The position numbers were made by a program, and so were the translations under genes. DNA of 64,000 bases from Candidatus Nomurabacteria bacterium (GTDB lineage: Bacteria > Patescibacteriota > Minisyncoccia > Phycocordibacterales > UBA5272), in assembly GCA_029288775.1 (NCBI GenBank), contig JARIGQ010000006.1, forward strand, positions 64,120 through 128,119, written 5' to 3'. The notes beneath the pieces are model-generated. The model was not told the DNA's origin. It saw only the letters and a list, made by a program, of their open reading frames with translations, and did no database searches. Of this stretch, positions 48,315-57,974 are shown piece after piece. Each line of letters opens with the position of its first letter. Position 1 is the first letter of the stretch.

Positions 48315-48980
48315 TCAATTGCTAAAGGCCCTGATCAGTCGGATGTCTTCATCAGCAGCGCGCGTACCGGCGCGCACCGTGATTGCATTTCCGGTCGTCG
48401 GTTGATAGATGGCCGCAGTCCTGGTTTCGTTCGAAGAACCCAGGCCGGCGTACACCCAGCTGCCGTCCGAGAGTTGAACCCCGGTCGTTCCGGCAATTAC
48501 GACGCCATTCACTGTGATCGTCACTGATTCACCGAAGTTGAAATCGGTTTCGGGTCGTGTTGTTCCCTTGAAATCGAGAAACTTGTTGGTGCTTGGGTCG
48601 AGCCGGACGTCCACCATCTGGTTTGTAGTGATCGAAGTGCATTTTATCTGGCGCGTACCGTCATCCAGTACGGTGTTGTCCTTGAGGGTTCCGCAGTTGA
48701 TGAACGGTCGGGTACCAGCGAAGCTGGTACCGTTCACGACAGGGGTGTAATCCCCCGGCGTTTTCCCCAGCCTGTACAAATACCCCCCAGTCCAAATCCC
48801 GTAGACGACCTCCTTGTATTTCGCCACGGGCACCTGGGCGGTGGAGTTGGATGTCGTGTCCGTCGTGGCAGATGCCGTTGACGGTGTCGATGCTGAGGGC
48901 GCGGAACCTCCGCCACCTCCGCCGCATGCAGCGAGGGCTAGAGCGGCTGTCGCCGCCAAAATCACGAGGATGTTCCTCAC
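48315..48980 (-). CDS. GC-rich lipoprotein (GTG start) inserted into the 5' end of a host gene
   Basis: lipobox LALAAC-GGGGGG; GAAGGAGAT SD 5 nt before the GTG at 48980; about 58% GC; the upstream in-frame AT-rich 45 codons reaching 49115 are paralogous to the N-terminus of 49160..49732. Confidence 0.5.
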   Translation of the reverse strand: MRNILVILAATAALALAACGGGGGGSAPSASTPSTASATTDTTSNSTAQVPVAKYKEVVYGIWTGGYLYRLGKTPGDYTPVVNGTSFAGTRPFINCGTLKDNTVLDDGTRQIKCTSITTNQMVDVRLDPSTNKFLDFKGTTRPETDFNFGESVTITVNGVVIAGTTGVQLSDGSWVYAGLGSSNETRTAAIYQPTTGNAITVRAGTRAADEDIRLIRAFSN

Positions 48981-49159
48981 GAGTATCTCCTTCTGCCCGA
49001 GAGGGCGGTTGGTGTGAAAATGCGAATGAGGGTGTCCAGTTTTCTTTTGGTCTTGCAACCAAAAACCAAAAGGACTACCTTTTATTATTTTGCGCCATTT
49101 TTTTGACTTTGTCAATTTTTCTAATAATTATGTAAAGACACTGAAAATGGTATGTCAGT

Positions 49160-49732
49160 TTAATTGAAATACACTTGTACAGATGGTGCTGGGGGTGGTG
49201 AGGGTGGAGTATAACAGCTTACAGAAGCCTGATTTGCGGGTCCAAAGGAATTAAGATATCTATTGTATCCAGCATATGAATCATAGAAAGATTTACACTG
49301 AGCCCAAGCTTGAGCATCCGTACCAGCTGGAATATTTATTGTAGGATAAGATCCATAATTGATGAGCCATACGCTACATGTCCATGCGGATGCATAATAT
49401 TGAGGAGAAGGACTGTTTACACTAGAAGGGGCGGAGTTATATCCCGTGCCGGCAAGATACCACGGCAAGTTTGAACCTTGAGGGTCGATATGATAATAGC
49501 CGCTTTCGCAGCTTGCTGGTACTACTGAACCTGCTTCTTTACCTAAAGCAGAATGTTCTACAAAGGAAAGTTCTCCAGCAGGTACGTTTCCTCGCGTAAT
49601 AAGGAAGGTTGCAATAAGAATAAAGCAAGAAACAAAAAGTGCGCCTATAATTTTATAAGGGCCTTTATGTGTATGGAAATGGCTATGAATATGGCTCCTG
49701 ATACGTTTCATACTATAATCGTACCACGTCAA
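49160..49732 (-). CDS. membrane-anchored hypothetical protein with HSHFHT N-terminal motif
   Basis: MKRIRSHIHSHFHTHKGP + TM + Pro/Ser/Tyr-rich extracellular part. Confidence 0.4.
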   Translation of the reverse strand: MTWYDYSMKRIRSHIHSHFHTHKGPYKIIGALFVSCFILIATFLITRGNVPAGELSFVEHSALGKEAGSVVPASCESGYYHIDPQGSNLPWYLAGTGYNSAPSSVNSPSPQYYASAWTCSVWLINYGSYPTINIPAGTDAQAWAQCKSFYDSYAGYNRYLNSFGPANQASVSCYTPPSPPPAPSVQVYFN

Positions 49733-49759
49733 AAGAAGGGTGTTCTTTTCTTATACACA

Positions 49760-50512
49760 TCAGTACCCTTTTTGCTGAATGAGTTGTAAATTGGAAGCTA
49801 TTGATGATTTAAATCCGTCTAGCCCTTGAGCGTAGATTCTCGGATCGTTCCCCGGATAGGACTGAGCCCAGAGTTCTGGCGTGTATGCGTCAGTAATCCT
49901 TTTTGCATTCTCAAAGGCTGTTTTTGCTTGTCTGTATTTCTCCTTATTCATCAGAAGTGTGCCGTACATATTTTGAATCCATGGGTTATCTTGGCTGTGA
50001 TCCAGGATGGGTTGTATGGTAGCTAATGCACCGTCTATATCTCCTATTCGAAATTGAAGCCATGCTTTATCGTTCCTTGCTGCCCAACTCATAGGAGCGG
50101 CATCAATGAATTTTGAAAATGCTTCAATAGCTTCTGGTTCCCGATTAAGATACCCATACGTAAGCCCTAAAATATAATAGGTGCGTACATTGTCAGGGTA
50201 TAAAGCTAATTCTTTTTTGGCCTCTTCTAGAGATTGCTCTAGTTTGCCTTGTATAAAATAAGTTCGCGAAAGCTGATAGTGCGCAAATGCTACAGGAGTT
50301 CCAAATACCGGATACGCTGCGTTTACAAAGAAGAATTGTGCAAAGGTAATATTATAGAGTGTTGAGTAGGTACCAAAAAAAGTATTTCCTAAAGCTTGCG
50401 AGAGAGGGGATTGAACATATAAAAAGAGGACTATTAAAAAGATAGCTACAATACTTTTTAATTTGAATAATTGAAAATACTTCATTTGGAATAGAGGAGG
50501 GTATTTCGCCAA
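49760..50512 (-). CDS. TPR-repeat protein with N-terminal membrane anchor
   Basis: TM then TPR-like repeats (AYP..G, YYILGLTYGY, AIEAFSKFI...). Confidence 0.5.
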   Translation of the reverse strand: MAKYPPLFQMKYFQLFKLKSIVAIFLIVLFLYVQSPLSQALGNTFFGTYSTLYNITFAQFFFVNAAYPVFGTPVAFAHYQLSRTYFIQGKLEQSLEEAKKELALYPDNVRTYYILGLTYGYLNREPEAIEAFSKFIDAAPMSWAARNDKAWLQFRIGDIDGALATIQPILDHSQDNPWIQNMYGTLLMNKEKYRQAKTAFENAKRITDAYTPELWAQSYPGNDPRIYAQGLDGFKSSIASNLQLIQQKGY

Positions 50513-51207
50513 AAAAGATTAGCTTCCATGTATGCTGAAAAACCTTCAGGCCCAAGAAGATCTCGAGTCTTTTGAAAAAGAAACCCAAGAATACTGTGTA
50601 TTATTTTTTCTCTCCGAGAATAGTAAGTTTTGGGTAAAACATCAAAAATAATGTGAATGCGAGAATTTGTACTTAGATTTTTTACACTATGTACTTTTTT
50701 GTTTGCAAACCACCAAATCTCACCTTCTTTTAAGATTTGCTTCTCTTCGCCAGATGTGAACTCACTTCCATGGTTTGCTTGAAGTACTACATGATATCTA
50801 TCTCGTGCTTTATAGTATTCTCCAAAATCAAAATGGGGAAGTACCTCTTTATCTGGAGGGAGGAGAACTATGCTGACACGCTGCAGAATGCCTTTTTCTT
50901 TCTTTGCTATCTTTTTGAGAAATAAAAAGGTTTTAGGAAAGTAACCACAATTTTTAGTTTTATAGATAAAAGTACAATGATTACCTCCTTCTTCTCTGTA
51001 GGTTTCATTGATACGATAAGTTGCGTACAGATCTAACCATCCACTGTAGGGATGGTTAGAGCAGTAATTCGTTTCCTTTACCCATTTAGCTCTACGCTGC
51101 GCTCCTAAATCTTCTTCTATATACCCATTGCGAATAGCATGGGTAAGCTCTTCGAGAATAAATGTAGGATCAATGGTATCAATAAGACGGAAATTTTTCA
51201 TTTCCAA
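50482..51207 (-). CDS. aspartyl/asparaginyl beta-hydroxylase-like cupin (2OG/Fe oxygenase)
   Basis: LPPDKEVLPHFDFGEYY...HVVLQANHGSEF...EGEIWWFANKKVHSVKN (HxD...H). Confidence 0.45.
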   Translation of the reverse strand: MEMKNFRLIDTIDPTFILEELTHAIRNGYIEEDLGAQRRAKWVKETNYCSNHPYSGWLDLYATYRINETYREEGGNHCTFIYKTKNCGYFPKTFLFLKKIAKKEKGILQRVSIVLLPPDKEVLPHFDFGEYYKARDRYHVVLQANHGSEFTSGEEKQILKEGEIWWFANKKVHSVKNLSTNSRIHIIFDVLPKTYYSRREKIIHSILGFLFQKTRDLLGPEGFSAYMEANLFWRNTLLYSK

Positions 51208-51224
51208 AAGTATATCAGCAATGA

Positions 51225-52415
51225 TTACTTTTTAATCGCTTCTCTAAAAGGAGGGTAGAGAGTACCTAAGGCAGTTAGATTAGGCACTATATTGGTATCC
51301 TTATTTTTAATAGCATTTTTAGCATACTCATAAAACCGTTGAGTGCTTGTTGCTCCTTTATTTTCTACGATAGGTTTAAGGAGGGAAATAATAGTATCCT
51401 TTTGATCTTTAGTTTCAGGAGAAATAGAATGTAAATAGGTAGCGAAGTTATACCTGATAAACGGAGCAACAGGATCTCGTTGATCGTTTGCGATAGAAAT
51501 CGCCTGGAAAAAGTAGGGGGCTGGGTCTTCCGTTTGTTCACCTGCTTGCCTTAAGTATTGAAGGGCCATACCCTTGTGCATTGTTATATAAGGATACATC
51601 CACTGTAAGTCTGTTTTGTTTACAGTTTCAGGCAGACTTGTATCGCTAAAAATAATATGTTGTTTTGCTAAAGCCACGTACTTTTGTACATCATCCGTTT
51701 TGCTTTGAGCTTTAGCTTCGGCAGCTTTTTTAGCATATAAAAAGGCTAACATCGCTTCAGAATCTGCCAGTGGATGATATGAGCTACTTATCTCATACAT
51801 GGCTATCATGGCTTGATTTCGGTTGGTGGCTTGTACAAGTTGAAGCAGTAGAGCTTGGCTTGTACTTGCGCTTGCAAGTGTATTGGCTTCTCCTTGAATG
51901 TTCGGAAGAAGTGAAGGATCAAGGGTAGATCCAACTTTTGTTGCAAGAATGTTCATGATTAAAGACTTCGTAAGGTTGTTTGTTCGTGAATCTTTCAATA
52001 GAACAAATAACGCTTTTATACCTTCAGGGCGGTCAAGGCTAAATTGTAGGTGGGCAATTTGATATTGAACAAAAGAATACTCCTCGTCATTACTGGTTGG
52101 AACCTTCTTCATTAATTCCAACGCTTGTGCGTAGTTTCCTTGCCCCATACTATCCCATGCTTCTTTAAAAGAAGGCTGCCCCTTGTAGAGGGTGTTTATA
52201 TCTTTATTTAGGTTTATAGTCTCTGCTGTATTCGGCTGCTTATACCCTGTATACAAGCGATATCCCCAGATTCCACCAAGGATAAGAAGTACGATAAAAA
52301 TCGTACTCAGTATAAAAGTTTTTTTATGCAGTGAAAGGAGAGATGTAGAAGGTGTTTGATCCATATAGCTTCTAGTGTAGATTATCTTTATTTTATAAGG
52401 AAAAAAGTTATACAC
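51225..52415 (-). CDS. membrane-anchored helical-repeat protein, unknown function
   Basis: N-terminal TM, about 350-aa alpha-helical body. Confidence 0.4.
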   Translation of the reverse strand: MYNFFPYKIKIIYTRSYMDQTPSTSLLSLHKKTFILSTIFIVLLILGGIWGYRLYTGYKQPNTAETINLNKDINTLYKGQPSFKEAWDSMGQGNYAQALELMKKVPTSNDEEYSFVQYQIAHLQFSLDRPEGIKALFVLLKDSRTNNLTKSLIMNILATKVGSTLDPSLLPNIQGEANTLASASTSQALLLQLVQATNRNQAMIAMYEISSSYHPLADSEAMLAFLYAKKAAEAKAQSKTDDVQKYVALAKQHIIFSDTSLPETVNKTDLQWMYPYITMHKGMALQYLRQAGEQTEDPAPYFFQAISIANDQRDPVAPFIRYNFATYLHSISPETKDQKDTIISLLKPIVENKGATSTQRFYEYAKNAIKNKDTNIVPNLTALGTLYPPFREAIKK

Positions 52416-52524
52416 AGGTCTATTGACTTTTTATTAATAGTATGCTATATTTCAGATGGTATGTTTGGGCAATTCCGCCCGTTTCGTCAACCGGCGCATT
52501 AAGCGCCACAACCAGGAGTGTGTC

Positions 52525-53004
52525 ATGATTTCTCGCATGTTGTCCCTGATCGTGGCGTGCGCTTTCGCGTGCGTCTCCGCTTTCGCTCAGTCAGGCGAAG
52601 ACACCAAGGCCTCCGGCGCCGCACCCGCTTCGGTGGAAACAACGGTGAACAAGAACCCGCTGCCGATCGTAAGCACCTATTACATGAGTTCAGGTGCGAG
52701 AACTGGGGTGGACATCCGAATTTCTCCCATTCCCAACGCAGAAGGTGTTCCGAAGGCGAAGCTCTACATGGGTGGAGCAACATGGATCCGTTGCCTTTAC
52801 GGCGAAAAAGAAGTCACAGCAAGAGAGGAGGGCGATAAGTTCATCCTCCAAACCGAAGGTGGCTACCCTGCCAACCTTTCTGGTAACGAAAGTTACTGTC
52901 GTGGATTGACTGTGAAGGTCACGCTTCCCCGAGGGGGTGGACTTTCCGTTATCGATTTTACTTCGACGGAAGGGGGAGGTTCTCGTGCTACCTTCCGTTA
53001 CTGA
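52525..53004 (+). CDS. GC-rich secreted protein
   Basis: signal peptide MISRMLSLIVACAFACVSAFAQ; about 57% GC; CAGGAGTG SD; terminator at 53014-53045. Confidence 0.45.
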   Translation: MISRMLSLIVACAFACVSAFAQSGEDTKASGAAPASVETTVNKNPLPIVSTYYMSSGARTGVDIRISPIPNAEGVPKAKLYMGGATWIRCLYGEKEVTAREEGDKFILQTEGGYPANLSGNESYCRGLTVKVTLPRGGGLSVIDFTSTEGGGSRATFRY

Positions 53005-53045
53005 ACAGGGGTTCCTGTGAAAAAAGCCACGTTCGCGTGGCTTTT

Positions 53046-53291
53046 TTAATCCCCAGTAGGACCATCTCCTGCAGCCCCTGCATCTCCACCTACACCAGTT
53101 CCCGAGTCTGCACCAGATACACCGCCTTCAGTTCCTCCTCCTGTATTGGTATCTGTTACAGGGACATCAGCGTGCGCTTGTTCTATAGCGGTATTCCCTC
53201 GTGTTTGTAATATAAAACCAAGCACTCCCAACATGCCAAGCAATGTAAGCTTATAAATGCTTTTTATTGCTGAAGTAGTCTTTTTCGCCAT
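53046..53291 (-). CDS. small membrane-anchored Gly-rich protein
   Basis: 81 aa: TM followed by a GG(T/S/D)G-rich tail. Confidence 0.35.
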   Translation of the reverse strand: MAKKTTSAIKSIYKLTLLGMLGVLGFILQTRGNTAIEQAHADVPVTDTNTGGGTEGGVSGADSGTGVGGDAGAAGDGPTGD

Positions 53292-53354
53292 TACCAGTAG
53301 TATAGCTCTTTTTCAGATATAAGGTGTGGAAAACATTCAGGTATACTCAAGAGT

Positions 53355-54176
53355 ATGTCTTACTTGCAAAGGGTGTTTACCTCCATACGACTTAAGCAAA
53401 AACTCCTTGAGGAGAATCTATCGCTTGAAAGCTATCTGAAGCCGCATGCCTTGCAGCCGAACGTCATCCAAGAACCGTTTCCGCATATTGTGATCGACAA
53501 CTTCTTTCATGAGGGTTTTGTAGAAAAGGTATCTGCATATTTTAATGAACTCCTTTCTAAAGGGTTAAGCGAAGATCCTTTGGTCCGGGATAGATTCCAC
53601 CCATTCAATGAAGCTCAGCCTTATGATGGATATGTGTATGCTCCGAGTCCGTCTGGTGACGAGCCTTTAAAACTTTTCTTTTCCGTGGTTTGGAATCAGT
53701 ACTTTTCGAAACTTTTTGGTAAGCCGACAACCTTTGGTACTAATCTAACTTTTCATCATCACCCGCCAGGAAACCGGACAGGATTCATTCATAGCGATTA
53801 CACGAGCTTCCTTTTTCCGCAGCAGAAAATACTTACAAACGGAGTGCATGTACTGCAATTCAAACCTACCCATATACATACTCCTCTCGAAAGAAACTTT
53901 GAACCACTTAAACAAAAAAGAACCATTGCTCTTTTGTACTACTTCAATAGCCCAGAATGGAAGGAAGGGGATGGGGGAGAGACCGGTATGTATCTTTCTG
54001 CAGAAGATAAAGAGCCGCTGAAGAAAATTGCTCCGCTGGATAATCGTTTGTTTGCCTTTGATATTAGTCCGAACTCTTTGCACGCTTTTCAGGAAAATTT
54101 AAAGGAAAGAAATTGTCTTGTGCAATGGTTCCATATAGATGAAGCATGGGCTCTCAAGCGCTATAGTAAGGTATAG
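53355..54176 (+). CDS. 2OG-Fe(II) oxygenase superfamily protein (prolyl-hydroxylase/PhyH-like)
   Basis: FHHHPPGNRTGFIHSDY H-x-D motif with a distal His. Confidence 0.45.
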   Translation: MSYLQRVFTSIRLKQKLLEENLSLESYLKPHALQPNVIQEPFPHIVIDNFFHEGFVEKVSAYFNELLSKGLSEDPLVRDRFHPFNEAQPYDGYVYAPSPSGDEPLKLFFSVVWNQYFSKLFGKPTTFGTNLTFHHHPPGNRTGFIHSDYTSFLFPQQKILTNGVHVLQFKPTHIHTPLERNFEPLKQKRTIALLYYFNSPEWKEGDGGETGMYLSAEDKEPLKKIAPLDNRLFAFDISPNSLHAFQENLKERNCLVQWFHIDEAWALKRYSKV

Positions 54177-54233
54177 GTTGCTATTAAAACCTTATTTGGA
54201 GGTTGTTTTTTCTATGGTAGAATTCAGGTCACT

Positions 54234-55523
54234 ATGAACCAGAAAATCAAGGCGATGTGGGTAATTGTGGCAGTGGCGGCAATCGGCCTCTTTTTAGTAA
54301 AAGGGGGAAGTAAGTTCAGTCTCGGCTTGGATCTTGCTGGTGGATCGGCACTTACGTATGTTATTCATACTGAGCAGCTTCCGCCAACAGAAGACGTGAA
54401 TGATGCGGTAAACCGCCTTCGCGATCTTATCGAGCGGCGCGTGAATCCAAACGGAGTTTCCGAAGCAACGGTGGTGACAAGCTACAGCAATCTTACCAAG
54501 ACGCATAAGCTTGTTGTTGAGCTTCCAGGCATTACTAATATCGAAGACGCAAAAGCAGTTATCAAGGCAACTCCGGTACTTGATTTTCGCACCGAGCGTC
54601 CCGGTGTTACTGCAAGCTCTTCATTGACCGTAGATGAAGCTTTTGAAAAGACGGCACTTACCGGTCGTTACATAGACAATGCTCAGCTTGTATTTGATCC
54701 AGCAACAAATCGTCCGATGGTGTCGCTTCAATTCAATGCGGAAGGTGCCCAAATGTTTTCTGAAATTACCAAAGCAAACATCGGTAAGCGTGTAGCTATT
54801 TTCCTTGATGGAGCTCCGATTTCCGTGCCAACAGTGCAGCAGCAAATTGACGGAGGAAAGGCGGTGATTTCTGGAAGCTTTACAGTAGACGAAGCAAAAG
54901 AGCTTGCGCTTCGTTTGAAGAACGGTGCGCTTCCTGTGCCAATTAGTGAAGAATCTTCTACGGTAATTAGCCCAACGCTTGGTTCTTCTGCGGTGCAGAC
55001 TGGTGTGAAAGCAGGAGTAATCGGCTTTGCTCTCGTTGCACTCTTTATGATCCTCTGGTACCGCCTACCGGGAGTTATGGCGACCCTTGCGCTTATTGCA
55101 TACTCGGTGATTATGCTTGCGATTTTCAAGAATCCAGTATTTCCGGTAACGCTTACATCAGCTGGTATTGCAGGATTCATCATTTCGGTTGGCCTTGCGG
55201 TGGATGCAAACGTGCTTACCTTTGAACGCATGAAAGAGGAGATTAGAAACGGCAAAGGGCTCATTGATGCTATCAATGTCGGCTTTGCTCGCGCGTGGAC
55301 ATCCATTCGTGATTCGCACTTGGCTGCCCTTATCGTTTCAGTGATTCTCTATATGATGGGAACTTCTGTAGTTAAGGGATTTGCTGTCGCATTTTTCTTA
55401 GGTGCGGTCGTATCACTTATCTCTGCCCAGCTTATTACCCGTGTATTCATGCGGGCAATTGCAACTAAATCCGGAAGCAGATTTGTGCGATTCTTATTCA
55501 GCTCTGGTTTTCATCTTAAGTAA
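54234..55523 (+). CDS. secD: protein translocase subunit SecD
   Basis: LGLDLAGGSALTYV... periplasmic domain + 6 TM. Confidence 0.85.
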   Translation: MNQKIKAMWVIVAVAAIGLFLVKGGSKFSLGLDLAGGSALTYVIHTEQLPPTEDVNDAVNRLRDLIERRVNPNGVSEATVVTSYSNLTKTHKLVVELPGITNIEDAKAVIKATPVLDFRTERPGVTASSSLTVDEAFEKTALTGRYIDNAQLVFDPATNRPMVSLQFNAEGAQMFSEITKANIGKRVAIFLDGAPISVPTVQQQIDGGKAVISGSFTVDEAKELALRLKNGALPVPISEESSTVISPTLGSSAVQTGVKAGVIGFALVALFMILWYRLPGVMATLALIAYSVIMLAIFKNPVFPVTLTSAGIAGFIISVGLAVDANVLTFERMKEEIRNGKGLIDAINVGFARAWTSIRDSHLAALIVSVILYMMGTSVVKGFAVAFFLGAVVSLISAQLITRVFMRAIATKSGSRFVRFLFSSGFHLK

Positions 55524-55529
55524 ACGAGT

Positions 55530-56390
55530 ATGTTTATCATCAAATACAAAGCATTCTTTATTGGGCTCTCAGTGATACTTGTTGCAGCAACGGCAATTCT
55601 TTACGGCGTGTATGGTCTCAAGCGCGGTATCGATTTCACCGGCGGTTCCATTGTGGACGCAGCAGTTGTGGGAACGTCTACACTTAACCTCCAAGCTTTC
55701 CAAGGTACCGGAGTAGAGGTGTATAGCACAGGAGAAGGAACCTATCGTTTTCTTTCAAGTAAGCCATACGAAGAAGTTGCACCAATTATTTCTCAAAAAG
55801 CTACTGCGGTACTTCAGATTACCCAGGCACAGAGCGTAGGACCAACGCTTGGAAAGGAATTGACGCAAAAGGCAATCATCGCGCTCATTGTGGTTGTGCT
55901 CGCGATCTTAGCGTTCATTGCTTTTTCATTCAGAGAAGTGTCACACCCGCTTCCATCATGGAAGTACGGGGTGGTGGCTATGGTTACGCTGCTTCATGAC
56001 ATCATCGTGCCGACAGGAGTGTACGTTCTTCTTTCACATCGCTACGGCGCAGAAGTAGACACACTCTTTGTGATCGCCCTGCTTACCATCATCGGTATTT
56101 CCATTTCGGATAAGATTGTGGTGTTCGACAGAATTCGCGAGAACTTGAAGAACAGTAGTGCTAAGCGTGCTTTTGAGGATGTGGTAGGGGACAGTCTTCG
56201 CCAGACGTTCACTCGTTCAATCAATACCTCGGTAACGGTAGTGCTCGCGCTCCTTGCACTTTACTTCTTCGGTCCGGTGACCACGAAGTATTTCACGCTT
56301 ACGCTTATTGTGGGTATGATTGTAGGAACGTATTCATCCATCTTCGTAGCAAGTCCGCTGCTTACGGTGTGGAATAAAAGAAAAGCATAA
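55530..56390 (+). CDS. secF: protein translocase subunit SecF
   Basis: GIDFTGGSIV... + 6 TM; directly after secD. Confidence 0.85.
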   Translation: MFIIKYKAFFIGLSVILVAATAILYGVYGLKRGIDFTGGSIVDAAVVGTSTLNLQAFQGTGVEVYSTGEGTYRFLSSKPYEEVAPIISQKATAVLQITQAQSVGPTLGKELTQKAIIALIVVVLAILAFIAFSFREVSHPLPSWKYGVVAMVTLLHDIIVPTGVYVLLSHRYGAEVDTLFVIALLTIIGISISDKIVVFDRIRENLKNSSAKRAFEDVVGDSLRQTFTRSINTSVTVVLALLALYFFGPVTTKYFTLTLIVGMIVGTYSSIFVASPLLTVWNKRKA

Positions 56391-56444
56391 AAGAATCCTG
56401 TATAACAAAAGACGCTCCCAGGCGTCTTTTGTTATACTTCACTA

Positions 56445-57089
56445 ATGACATCTTCCTTTTTAGAAGGATTGGAATTTTCAGTTATTTTTTTTGGGTTGGG
56501 GCATTTTGCAATAGCATATAAATATATCTACACAGCACATAAGAGGAAAGTATTGTTTGCTTCGTTCGTCATGCTTTTTTCCCTCTTTGCACTCTATGCT
56601 TTTTATACGTCTGTTTCAGTAAGAGTTCTTTTCTTAATAGCCAATGCACTCTTTGCTCTTCATCATGCATATGATTCTTATAAAATTTTTCGCTCGTCAT
56701 TTATTTCCTTTCTGTGGCTCTTCTTAGGAATTATTTCCACACTCCTTTCATATATTTCTTTTTTTCTTTTTCTTATACCCCAAAGCATACCCACTCTCTT
56801 CCTTTCGGTGATGGTGCTTTACCATTGTTATATGTGGTACGAATATTACTATCGAAAATTTACTGGGGAAACACTACGAAATTATAGTATTGATATCATA
56901 GTGATTCATGTGGCATTGGTCATCCTCTTACTTGCTTCCAAGAGAGATGTATATGCTGGTCTATCTATTTTATTTTCATACAAGTTTTTCTACCTCCAAA
57001 CTATTAACCATGTTCTATTTTCCTACTACAAAAAACTAACCCATATTACTCACAGGTACGGTAAAACAGCAGTTCTCTATTTTAAATAG
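56445..57089 (+). CDS. membrane protein, unknown function
   Basis: 214-aa polytopic ORF. Confidence 0.4.
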   Translation: MTSSFLEGLEFSVIFFGLGHFAIAYKYIYTAHKRKVLFASFVMLFSLFALYAFYTSVSVRVLFLIANALFALHHAYDSYKIFRSSFISFLWLFLGIISTLLSYISFFLFLIPQSIPTLFLSVMVLYHCYMWYEYYYRKFTGETLRNYSIDIIVIHVALVILLLASKRDVYAGLSILFSYKFFYLQTINHVLFSYYKKLTHITHRYGKTAVLYFK

Positions 57090-57146
57090 CAAATAATGCT
57101 GTATTTGTGTGCCCGGATATTTTTCGTGGTTTGCTATACTTAAATT

Positions 57147-57704
57147 ATGTTAGACAATACGGCACTTGTTCAGTCGGCTAATTATTGGTTTGCAACAATC
57201 GCTCTCATTGGGCTTGCGTTTGTGGCAATTTGGATCGTGGATCTTTTTTTTGGCGCACTTTGGATGCCGAATTGGAAAAAAAGAATGTACGCGGGATTTG
57301 AGAATTTTGTATTACCTTTTGGGTTTTTCATTTCACTTTTTGCAACGCTTGGGTCGCTGTACTACCAATTCCATCTTGGTATTCAGCCGTGCGAACTATG
57401 CTGGTTTGCGCGTATTTTCATCTACCCGCAAGTCTTTATCTTTGGTATGGCGTGGTACAAAAATGATCGCCGTATCTTTGATTATCTGATGATGCTTTCT
57501 GTGTTTGGAATTATCATCGGCCTCTATCATCATTTTCTTCAAATGGGGTATGATTTGTATAAGCCGTGTGGCACAGGACTCTTTGTTGATTGTTCGGTGC
57601 CAACGTTTGTAGAGTATGGGTTCATGACGTATCCGCTTATGGGAGTAGTAACGAACGCGCTTACATTTTTGACGGCGTATTCCGCAAAGAAGTTTCAAAA
57701 GTAA
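57147..57704 (+). CDS. disulfide bond formation protein B (DsbB/BdbC-like)
   Basis: 4 TM with CELCW and CGTG...C cysteine pairs in the two periplasmic loops. Confidence 0.6.
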   Translation: MLDNTALVQSANYWFATIALIGLAFVAIWIVDLFFGALWMPNWKKRMYAGFENFVLPFGFFISLFATLGSLYYQFHLGIQPCELCWFARIFIYPQVFIFGMAWYKNDRRIFDYLMMLSVFGIIIGLYHHFLQMGYDLYKPCGTGLFVDCSVPTFVEYGFMTYPLMGVVTNALTFLTAYSAKKFQK

Positions 57705-57744
57705 TGTGCTAAGATAGTGGGGTCTTGTACAAAGGAGGTGCCCC

Positions 57745-57942
57745 ATGGCCCAGGAAGACGTGACGGAAGACAGGTGCAAGGATTGCGGGTCTGAGTTGGA
57801 CTTCAACGACCCGCATCCGCCGCGGTTCGTGGTTACCAAGAAAGGCTACGTGTGTGGTGACTGCTTGTCCGACGCGATAAGCGACGCCATCGACCAGCAC
57901 CCCATTGGTCGGCCGATGGCCACCAAGGTCAACAACACCTGA
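57745..57942 (+). CDS. GC-rich zinc-ribbon small protein
   Basis: CKDCGSEL...CGDC; about 58% GC; AAGGAGGTG SD; terminator at 57945-57975. Confidence 0.4.
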   Translation: MAQEDVTEDRCKDCGSELDFNDPHPPRFVVTKKGYVCGDCLSDAISDAIDQHPIGRPMATKVNNT

Positions 57943-57974
57943 AAACCGCAAGCCGTCCGGCTTGCGGTTTCTCT

